A stretch of 64,000 nucleotides of DNA from an uncultured Pirellulaceae bacterium (GTDB lineage: Bacteria; Planctomycetota; Planctomycetia; Pirellulales; Pirellulaceae): the NCBI GenBank assembly GCA_964636985.1, contig CAZWSX010000003.1, positions 361,627 through 425,626 on the forward strand, written 5' to 3'. Of the stretch, positions 19,878 through 25,384 are shown one piece after another; the stretch's first letter is position 1; the number at the start of each line of letters is the position of its first letter. Made by a program: the position numbers and the translations under genes. The notes under the pieces were generated by a model. That model did not search any database. It was not told the DNA's origin and worked only from the letters and a program-made list of their open reading frames with translations.

Positions 19878-20735
19878 TCACTGAAAGCAATTTGATGTGT
19901 CAAACGAAATCTTAAATGGCTTACCTTCTCTTTCTCTTCTCACGATATCCATCAATTCGAAGAATCGCTCGCAACCATTTACGGGAACTGGCATAAACGC
20001 GCCCAGATGACTTACGGTTTCCCTTTTCACGGTGACAACAACAAGAAAAAACTCAACGTCGTTGACTTTGCCCGGTACAACGAAGTGCGGTTCGTCGATC
20101 GGGAGATCGTTGCTTTCCAAGCCAATGATCAGAGATTTGAGGTCCGGATGTGCCATAGTTGGGTCCTGAATCCGCCGTCTAATCGCTTGAACAATTTCGG
20201 CCGCTGCATATTCGTATCCATAGCACTTAAACAAAGCGAGATAAGCAGCACGCAGGATAGCTGTGTGAAAGACGTTTTTTGAATAGTTTGTGTAAGACAC
20301 GTTGAACCCAGAGACTTCGCCGGCCTTCATCACACGCACAACGTGTTGGAGCGCCTTTGGGTCAGTGGCACGGCCCACAACCCGAAAGTTCTTGGTTTCC
20401 GTTCCGCACGCCAGATCAGCAGCAATCCGTTGACCGTTAACATCGAGCATAGTCCTGAGCGTTCCAAAACCACGAAAGACATCTGACAGTTCCTGAAACC
20501 TGACGAGGTGCGAGTCGAGGGAACTGCCTTGTTCGTTATTGCATCTTGTACACGTCAACACGACTGCCTTGCCGCCCACCGCGCCGGGAACTACGTGGTC
20601 TATCGATAATCCGTCAAAGTGAGTTTGCTGCCAACAAAGTGGGCATATGAGTGCATCATCCGTGGTTGAAAGTTGTGCCGCGCGCTGGCTGGACGCATAG
20701 TGCTCAAACATTCTCCGATTTGTTCTCGCATTCAT
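19878..20735 (-). CDS. HNH-motif nuclease-like protein with ~200-aa C-terminal domain of unknown function
   Basis: CPLCWQQ...SIDHVVPGAVGG...LTCTRCNNEQG fits the CxxC...DH..P...CxxCN HNH signature. Spot counts give ~50% GC here against ~60-65% in the flanks. Confidence 0.55.
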   Translation of the reverse strand: MNARTNRRMFEHYASSQRAAQLSTTDDALICPLCWQQTHFDGLSIDHVVPGAVGGKAVVLTCTRCNNEQGSSLDSHLVRFQELSDVFRGFGTLRTMLDVNGQRIAADLACGTETKNFRVVGRATDPKALQHVVRVMKAGEVSGFNVSYTNYSKNVFHTAILRAAYLALFKCYGYEYAAAEIVQAIRRRIQDPTMAHPDLKSLIIGLESNDLPIDEPHFVVPGKVNDVEFFLVVVTVKRETVSHLGAFMPVPVNGCERFFELMDIVRREREGKPFKISFDTSNCFQ

Positions 20736-20777
20736 GTTCTTTGTCTCGAATAGAAATACCGGCGTAGGACATTCGGC

Positions 20778-21296
20778 TCAAAGTGAAGTCGCGGTCCGGG
20801 CTAACTCGCCAGCATTGAACAGCAATCTTTCAGGTCGCCCAGCGGCCACACAATTTGATTGTTGCAGATCGACCGTCACGTGTTGCGGCGTCAACTCCTG
20901 AGGATCGTTAACTTCGCAGACCGTGCCGATGATTTTATCAGCAGATGCGATGTCTCCTTCCGAACGAATGAGTACCGAGGCAAGCGTCTCCGTAACATCA
21001 TGCCACTTATCGGCGAGAAACTCCGTAGGTGACTGCAAAGCCGCTACGATGCCCTTCCAACTTGGGCTATCGCGGTCGGCAGCTTCGAACACGAATCCTT
21101 CATTTTGTCTGGCGCGCATCCACTCGCCGACGCCCTCCACAGGCAACAACTCCAAGAAGCTCACCGGAACATAGGGGCCGCAAGCCTGATAGAGCCGAAA
21201 GCTCGCGACGTCGACTCCAATGGCCTGGGGAACACGGCCAACGACGTAATGATTTCCATCCGTGTCGCAGATCATGATCAGTTTGAAACGCCACAT
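20778..21296 (-). CDS. hypothetical protein; co-oriented 42 nt upstream of the HNH-motif gene
   Basis: 172-aa ORF in the same lower-GC block with no recognisable motif. Likely co-transcribed with 19878..20735. Confidence 0.4.
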   Translation of the reverse strand: MWRFKLIMICDTDGNHYVVGRVPQAIGVDVASFRLYQACGPYVPVSFLELLPVEGVGEWMRARQNEGFVFEAADRDSPSWKGIVAALQSPTEFLADKWHDVTETLASVLIRSEGDIASADKIIGTVCEVNDPQELTPQHVTVDLQQSNCVAAGRPERLLFNAGELARTATSL

Positions 21297-21647
21297 GTTT
21301 GTTCTGCCTTGTCAATTTCCAATCGACCTCGATCATTCACGTCGGAATTCTAGAGACCGAGCGACAGGGATAAGCCGACTTTGACAGAACTTTGATACGG
21401 CCGCGTTTTGTTTTTGCGCAACCCATGCGCCAGCGGCCTGCAGAACATCCAAGAGCCCGTGCCATTGCCCCCTTACTAGCCACGCCCAAACAGGGCATTC
21501 CGAGGCTATCGCCAAATCCCCCGGGCGTTTCATGAAAAAATTCCGCCAACTGTTGCGCCGCCATCGGGGTTGCGGTTGACCTTCAGAGCCCTATTCCGAG
21601 GGCCTGGCCGCTAAAGTGCGCCCCTGTTTGATAACGGAGAATTAGCG

Positions 21648-21761
21648 ATGGTGGGATTGGGCAATCCGTTCGCAATAGCGATCGAACTCTTAGGCGTGAC
21701 CGCGATGGCGATCATTGTGATACTGCTTGCGACAGGCCGACGAGAGTTCGACCGCCGCTAA
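21648..21761 (+). CDS. candidate 37-aa hydrophobic small protein (below the ORF-track cutoff)
   Basis: ATG preceded by GGAGAA 8-13 nt upstream. Translation MVGLGNPFAIAIELLGVTAMAIIVILLATGRREFDRR is one TM helix with a basic tail. Stop TAA at 21759-21761. Confidence 0.2.
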   Translation: MVGLGNPFAIAIELLGVTAMAIIVILLATGRREFDRR

Positions 21762-21788
21762 GAATCGCCCCCCCTTCGATGCCGCCAA

Positions 21789-21861
21789 GTATCCCTGTCA
21801 GGAGTCGAACCTGAACTACGACCTTCGCAGGGTCGCGTGCGAATCCTTAACACTTCAGGGA
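21789..21861 (-). tRNA. tRNA-Arg (anticodon GCG)
   Basis: 73-nt cloverleaf on the minus strand. Acceptor GTCCCTG/CAGGGAT, D-stem GTGT/GCAC, AC stem CGACC/GGTCG with loop CTGCGAA, T-arm TCAGG-TTCGACT-CCTGA. No encoded CCA. Confidence 0.65.
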
Positions 21862-21869
21862 CAGAAAAA

Positions 21870-21942
21870 ATCGCCAGTTCAGGAATCGAACCTGATCTTC
21901 CAGCTTCGGAGGCTGACGTGCGTATCCAGCACACCCACCGGC
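21870..21942 (-). tRNA. tRNA-Arg (anticodon CCG)
   Basis: 73 nt. Acceptor CGCCGGT/ACTGGCG, AC loop CTCCGAA, T-arm TCAGG-TTCGATT-CCTGA. A paralog of the preceding gene, with the same D- and T-arms. Confidence 0.7.
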
Positions 21943-22008
21943 GTTTCTTGCGTTCAATGGTTTTTGCCACAGAGGGCTCAAAGGTTGAGAATCGAAGGGG
22001 AGAAGGGG

Positions 22009-22047
22009 TGAGTGGGAGGTAGGGAGCAAAAGATTTTCACTCCCACT
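22009..22047. repeat. inverted repeat within a CT/GA-rich spacer of the tRNA array
   Basis: GAGTGGGAG ... CTCCCACTC, a 9-bp stem with a 21-nt loop, embedded in polypyrimidine tracts (ctccttcaacaccccatctcacattcttctcc). Confidence 0.4.
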
Positions 22048-22115
22048 CTCCTTCAACACCCCATCTCACATTCTTCTCCATGTCCTCCGTGCTCTCTGTG
22101 TTTAAACAAACCGAA

Positions 22116-22186
22116 GCACGAGCGCGAGGAGTCGAACCCCGTCCAACAGTTTTGGAGGCTGTCTGCTCACCCAGGAGCGTCACTCG
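22116..22186 (-). tRNA. tRNA-Trp (anticodon CCA) probable; the 31-39 pair is a C-A mismatch
   Basis: Acceptor ACGAGTG/CGCTCGT, D-arm GCTC-CTGGGTGA-GAGC, AC region GACAGC-CTCCAAA-ACTGTT (the loop matches the classical Trp CUCCAAA), T-arm CGGGG-TTCGACT-CCTCG. Confidence 0.5.
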
Positions 22187-22263
22187 TAAATTTTTACTTC
22201 CCCTCTTCTCCGTTCCCTCCGTGTCTCCGTGGTGAAACTCTCTCCACGCTCTGCGGCAAACAA

Positions 22264-22349
22264 GCGGAAGGCGAGGGAGTCGAACCCACATCGCCGTGAA
22301 GCGAACCACGTTAGCACCGTGGCCCAGCCAACCGTATCTGGCTGCCTTC
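22264..22349 (-). tRNA. tRNA-Ser (anticodon GCT), class II with long variable arm
   Basis: 86 nt. Acceptor GGAAGGC/GCCTTCC, D-stem CCAG/CTGG, AC stem CCACG/CGTGG with loop GTGCTAA, long extra arm, T-loop TTCGACT. Confidence 0.75.
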
Positions 22350-22360
22350 CTCAAGGATCA

Positions 22361-22434
22361 ATAGCCGAAGTGGGAGTCGAACCCACAAGCACCAGACTCT
22401 CGATCTGGCCGCTTTGCCAATTTGCGTACTCGGC
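22361..22434 (-). tRNA. aberrant tRNA: anticodon GAG (Leu) in a short-variable-arm class I body with C33
   Basis: Acceptor AGCCGAG/TTCGGCT, AC stem CCAGA/TCTGG with loop TCGAGAG, T-arm GTGGG-TTCGACT-CCCAC. Only 74 nt, so there is no long variable arm. Confidence 0.45.
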
Positions 22435-22527
22435 TATGTGTGATTTGCCACAGCGAGAATCGCTCCCCATCTCCCATTCTCCCTCTCCCCCATTCTCCTC
22501 CCCCGACTCTTTGGCAAAATCCCGAAC

Positions 22528-22600
22528 ATGACTCGTGCGGGAATCGAACCCGCGTTCTCAGCGTGAGAGGCTGAAGTCCTGTACCGTTAGACGAACGAGC
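22528..22600 (-). tRNA. tRNA-Glu (anticodon CTC)
   Basis: 73 nt. Acceptor GGCTCGT/ACGAGTC, D-arm GTCT-AACGGTACA-GGAC (Glu-like), AC stem TCAGC/GCTGA with loop CTCTCAC, T-arm GCGGG-TTCGATT-CCCGC. Confidence 0.75.
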
Positions 22601-22610
22601 CAAAAGAAGA

Positions 22611-22691
22611 GTGCGCCGGGCAGGAGTTGAACCCGCAATGCCAAAGCGAGTGGTTTACAGCCACCTGGACTTGCCCATGTTCCAACCGACG
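22611..22691 (-). tRNA. tRNA-Tyr (anticodon GTA), class II
   Basis: 81 nt. Acceptor GCGTCGG/CCGGCGC, AC stem GGTGG/CCACT with loop CTGTAAA, extra arm, T-loop TTCAACT. Confidence 0.7.
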
Positions 22692-22724
22692 CATGCTTGC
22701 CTTGAAACACTGTGTTTTGCGATG

Positions 22725-22798
22725 ATGGCCCGAGTGGGATTCGAACCCACAGCATCTTCGGGTTTAAGCCAAAGTGGTCTGCCGGTTGCCTACCGAGC
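22725..22798 (-). tRNA. aberrant tRNA: anticodon TAA (Leu/UUA reader) in a class I body
   Basis: 74 nt. Acceptor GGCTCGG/TCGGGCC, AC stem TTTGG/CCGAA with loop CTTAAAC, T-arm GTGGG-TTCGAAT-CCCAC. The D-arm is poorly paired and there is no long variable arm. Confidence 0.45.
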
Positions 22799-22816
22799 CG
22801 CGGCGAAGCTCACCAA

Positions 22817-22887
22817 ATAGTCTCGGATGGAATCGAACCATCGTTTTCGGCGTGTCATACCGGCGCCCTGCCATTGGACGACGAGAC
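22817..22887 (-). tRNA. tRNA-Val (anticodon GAC)
   Basis: 71 nt. Acceptor AGTCTCG/CGAGACT (perfect), D-arm GTCC-AATGGCA-GGGC, AC loop ATGACAC, T-arm GATGG-TTCGATT-CCATC. Confidence 0.7.
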
Positions 22888-22907
22888 TGCATTCAGACCC
22901 CTTGAAA

Positions 22908-22977
22908 ATTGCAGGCCCCGGATTCGAACCGGGCAGCGCGGCCTTATGAGGGCCGCCCAGGCGCCAGCCAAACCTGC
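22908..22977 (-). tRNA. tRNA-Met or tRNA-Ile(lysidine) (anticodon CAT); short, poorly paired D-arm
   Basis: 70 nt. Acceptor TGCAGGT/GCCTGCA, AC stem CGGCC/GGCCG with loop CTCATAA, T-arm CCCGG-TTCGAAT-CCGGG. Confidence 0.55.
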
Positions 22978-23012
22978 ATAGCGTGTGGTTCGATCAAGGA
23001 TCGAACCCCTAA

Positions 23013-23094
23013 GTCGTCGAGGGGAGAGTCGAACTCCCATGCCTAACGGCGTTCCGTTCTGAGCGGAGTGTGTCTGCCAGTTTCACCACTCGAC
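23013..23094 (-). tRNA. tRNA-Leu (anticodon CAG), class II
   Basis: 82 nt. Acceptor CGTCGAG/CTCGACG (perfect), 3-bp D-stem with an 11-nt loop, AC loop CTCAGAA, extra arm GCC..GGC, T-arm GGGAG-TTCGACT-CTCCC. Confidence 0.7.
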
Positions 23095-23226
23095 GAGTGA
23101 CAAGAGAGGAGGAACGAGACATTGACCCGCTGAAGGTTCGCGCGGCATGCAAGAGAACATTTCGCGAAGCCTCAACCGGTCCAACTTATCGCTGCCCTCT
23201 CTCCCTTGGCGGCGTTGCTAGCGCCA

Positions 23227-23298
23227 GCGACTCATGTGGGATTCGAACCCACCTACTCGGATTGAAAGTCCGATGACCTCACCAGAAGTCAAATGAGC
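23227..23298 (-). tRNA. tRNA-Glu (anticodon TTC)
   Basis: 72 nt. Acceptor GGCTCAT/ATGAGTC, D-arm GACT-TCTGGTGA-GGTC, AC stem TCGGA/TCCGA with loop CTTTCAA, T-arm GTGGG-TTCGAAT-CCCAC. Confidence 0.8.
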
Positions 23299-23339
23299 CA
23301 TGTCTTCTCTACTGTCTACTGCTCTCCTATCTACTGTCT

Positions 23340-23365
23340 ATTTTTGGACGCCAGAGCGTCCAAAA
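23340..23365. terminator. bidirectional intrinsic terminator hairpin downstream of tRNA-Asp
   Basis: TTTTGGACGC-CAGA-GCGTCCAAAA: 10-bp stem flanked by T and A runs. It is preceded by tctactgtct-type direct repeats. Confidence 0.6.
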
Positions 23366-23369
23366 ATCA

Positions 23370-23444
23370 GCGTCCCTGGCGGGATTTGAACCCGCGGTCT
23401 CCACCGTGACAGGGTGGTGAGTACTCCTGGCTACTCTGCAAGGA
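23370..23444 (-). tRNA. tRNA-Asp (anticodon GTC)
   Basis: 75 nt. Acceptor GTCCTTG/CAGGGAC, D-stem GAGT/ACTC, AC stem CCACC/GGTGG with loop CTGTCAC, T-arm GCGGG-TTCAAAT-CCCGC. Confidence 0.8.
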
Positions 23445-23464
23445 CATGTGTCAACAAAACTAAG

Positions 23465-23535
23465 GTGGAGCCATCGGGAGTTGCACCCGAATCTCCGGTT
23501 TGCAAGACCGGCGTCTTCCTGTTGGACGATAGTCC
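23465..23535 (-). tRNA. tRNA-Ala (anticodon TGC), degenerate: G3:U70 present but an A4·C69 mismatch and an atypical T-loop TGCAACT
   Basis: Acceptor GGGACTA/TGGCTCC, AC stem CCGGT/ACCGG with loop CTTGCAA, T-arm TCGGG-TGCAACT-CCCGA. 3' trailer ACCT. Confidence 0.5.
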
Positions 23536-23652
23536 CATGTTTTGAGCAGTGGATCAGGAGATCAGTAGACCGAGTTGAGTAGCCGAAGAGTCATTGCATT
23601 CAACGTCCTCTCTGCTCTTGCTGCTTTCTCTACTGTCTCATCTCAACTCTCT

Positions 23653-23678
23653 ATTTTTGGTCGCAAGAGCGACCAAAA
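23653..23678. terminator. bidirectional intrinsic terminator hairpin downstream of tRNA-Ser(CGA); covarying paralog of the 23340 hairpin
   Basis: TTTTGGTCGC-AAGA-GCGACCAAAA. The A>T change in the stem is compensated on the other arm, and the same tctactgtct prefix is present. Confidence 0.6.
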
Positions 23679-23680
23679 AT

Positions 23681-23768
23681 GCGGGAGCCGTGGGACTCGA
23701 ACCCACAAGCCAGCATTAACCAGCCGCCTGTTTTCGAGACAGGTTCCTCATCCGATCCGGATGACTCC
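23681..23768 (-). tRNA. tRNA-Ser (anticodon CGA), class II
   Basis: 88 nt. Acceptor GGGAGTC/GGCTCCC, AC stem CCTGT/ACAGG with loop CTCGAAA, long extra arm, T-arm GTGGG-TTCGAGT-CCCAC. Confidence 0.75.
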
Positions 23769-23859
23769 CGTGAAAAGCGATTTCGTGCGGCCACACATTG
23801 CGAGGGAAGGCCTGCCCCCAAACCTTCGCCCGCAACACGTTGAACGCACTGCCATCGCA

Positions 23860-23934
23860 GTTGCGAAGACTGGAATTGAACCAGTGACAACCTGATTCAA
23901 AGTCAGGCATCGGTACCAACACCGAATCCTTCGC
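23860..23934 (-). tRNA. tRNA-Gln (anticodon TTG) probable
   Basis: 75 nt. Acceptor TGCGAAG/CTTCGCA (U1-A72, as in bacterial Gln), AC stem CCTGA/TCAGG with loop CTTTGAA, T-arm ACTGG-TTCAATT-CCAGT. Confidence 0.6.
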
Positions 23935-23950
23935 AATAATTACCGACCCA

Positions 23951-24023
23951 GCTGCGAGGGCTGGAATTGAACCAGCGTCACGGCGGTTAACAGCCCCCAG
24001 TCCTTACCAACAAGGAACCTCGC
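23951..24023 (-). tRNA. tRNA-Asn (anticodon GTT) probable; G·G mismatch in AC stem and extra nucleotides between the D- and AC-arms
   Basis: Acceptor TGCGAGG/CCTCGCA, D-stem CCTT/AAGG, AC GGGGG-CTGTTAA-CCGCC (the classical Asn loop), T-arm GCTGG-TTCAATT-CCAGC. Closely related to the neighbouring Gln gene. Confidence 0.5.
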
Positions 24024-24039
24024 AAGAATCTTGTTCTCA

Positions 24040-24110
24040 AAGCGTCTAGCGGGAATTGAACCCACGCCTCCGACTTGGCACGCCAGCGCGCTACCTCTAC
24101 GCCATAGACG
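24040..24110 (-). tRNA. tRNA-Gly (anticodon GCC)
   Basis: 71 nt. Acceptor GCGTCTA/TAGACGC (perfect), D-arm GCGT-AGAGGTA-GCGC, AC stem CTGGC/GTCGG with loop GTGCCAA, T-loop TTCAATT. Confidence 0.65.
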
Positions 24111-24149
24111 CATTTGCTACATCGACCGAATTGTCAAACATCGCTTTCA

Positions 24150-24221
24150 GAGCACCGGGTGGGAGTCGAACCCACGTACCTGCATTACGGGTGCAGAGTC
24201 CTAGCCGCTAAACGACCAGTG
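24150..24221 (-). tRNA. tRNA-Thr (anticodon CGT) with unusual C33
   Basis: 72 nt. Acceptor GCACTGG/CCGGTGC, D-stem GTTT/GGAC, AC stem CTGCA/TGCAG with loop CCCGTAA, T-arm GTGGG-TTCGACT-CCCAC. Confidence 0.55.
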
Positions 24222-24234
24222 CATTTGTTCGGTG

Positions 24235-24270
24235 ACCCGTCGAGCGCAAGCTTTTGACCGCGCTCGACGG
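24235..24270. terminator. strong hairpin between tRNA-Lys and tRNA-Thr (12-bp stem)
   Basis: CCCGTCGAGCGC-aagcttttgacc-GCGCTCGACGGG is a perfect inverted repeat. Confidence 0.45.
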
Positions 24271-24302
24271 GGACTGTATTTCCGTGCCTCAAAATCTTCA
24301 CA

Positions 24303-24375
24303 GTGGGACTCGACGGACTTGAACCGCCACCGACTCGGTTAAAAGCCGAGCATGCTGCCGCTAACACCTGAATCC
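24303..24375 (-). tRNA. tRNA-Lys (anticodon TTT)
   Basis: 73 nt. Acceptor GGGATTC/GAGTCCC, AC stem CTCGG/CCGAG with loop CTTTTAA, T-arm GGCGG-TTCAAGT-CCGTC. Confidence 0.7.
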
Positions 24376-24398
24376 CATTGGTTTCGTTCATGCTGTCA

Positions 24399-24470
24399 GT
24401 GGTCTGGGAGGCGCTCGAATCCTCGTATCCTGTTCTTCAGACAGGCGCTACACCGTCTCAGCTACCAGAC
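24399..24470 (-). tRNA. tRNA-Phe (anticodon GAA) with a non-canonical T-arm (4-bp stem, loop ATTCGAGCG)
   Basis: Acceptor GGTCTGG/CCAGACC (perfect), D-arm TAGCTGAGACGGTGTAGC, AC stem CCTGT/ACAGG with loop CTGAAGA. Confidence 0.6.
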
Positions 24471-24873
24471 CGTTTCGTTTCAAACCTTCCCTCCGCGCAC
24501 GAAAAAAGCCCGACATCCTGCGGACGCCGGGCTTGGCGAGGGAACTCGCTGCCAAGCAGACGTCACGTGATAAGTCGTAGTTCAAACTGTTCGGACCAAC
24601 CCAGCAGGTTGCTTCGCTCGCCTAAAGCGAGCGCGCTATCTAATTGGCTTTGATAGGCCAACTGTTTGCCGGATTGATTACTGGAACGTTTCATGACTTG
24701 GTCTCCCTGCTTTGGCTCAGCGAAAAACTCCGCCAGCACGCGACAGGGGATTTTTTGATTTGGGGAACCACTCGAAAGGGGTTTTTCACCGTCCTACGAC
24801 GGCGTCTTACTAATACGATGCTGCGAACCCAAGATTTGTTCGCGCGCCGGAGAAAAAAAGTTTGGGTGGCACT

Positions 24874-24890
24874 GGCGTCGTTTGGACGCC
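24874..24890. repeat. GGCGTC-N5-GACGCC palindrome copy
   Basis: GGCGTC-GTTTG-GACGCC nested in TTGGAC...GTCCAA. Confidence 0.5.
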
Positions 24891-25337
24891 AGTCCAACCC
24901 CCCCGGATGAGCCCGCCGCACAACGCAGCACTTACAGGCCCCACCGACGTTCTTGCCTCGAAACCACTTCCCATTTAGGAAACTATTCGATCGGCCACGC
25001 TTCCACGTCTGCGCACTTTTCCCATCCGCACGAGATGCGTTGGCCCGTCGCGCGTGTCACATCACCGCTGCGCGCGGAACGCTTCCACGGCTTCGGACCC
25101 TGTGCACCTCCGAAGCTGAGCCAGCAATCCAAAGCAGCCCGTTCATTGACAATCTGGTTGAACGATTAGATCTGCCCCGGTCTCGCGATGGCCTAGCCTC
25201 GCCGCGCGAGACCGGGCCCGGGCCATGCTTTGTCCCTACTTCTCTCTCTACTGTCTACTTTCCACTTTCTACTGTCTGGCTCCCGGGGTTGGCGCCAGCG
25301 TCCCTCAGACGCCAGTTGCGCAAAGGTTCCTCTCCCT

Positions 25338-25354
25338 GGCGTCTTTGGGACGCC
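25338..25354. repeat. GGCGTC-N5-GACGCC palindrome copy
   Basis: GGCGTC-TTTGG-GACGCC; an imperfect copy lies 40 nt upstream (CAGCGTC-CCTCA-GACGCCAG). Confidence 0.5.
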
Positions 25355-25384
25355 GCATGCGCAGAGATTCCTCCACCCAAGCGA

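Noticed and set aside
22983-23010. GGTTCGATC-AA-GGATCGAACC palindrome next to tRNA-Leu as an extra tRNA
   Set aside because: It is only a 9-bp hairpin that resembles a T-arm by chance. There is no cloverleaf, so it is treated as a spacer hairpin
23100-23160. Possible plus-strand tRNA-like T-arm (GAAGGTTCGCGCGGC)
   Set aside because: No complementary acceptor stem or anticodon arm could be built around it
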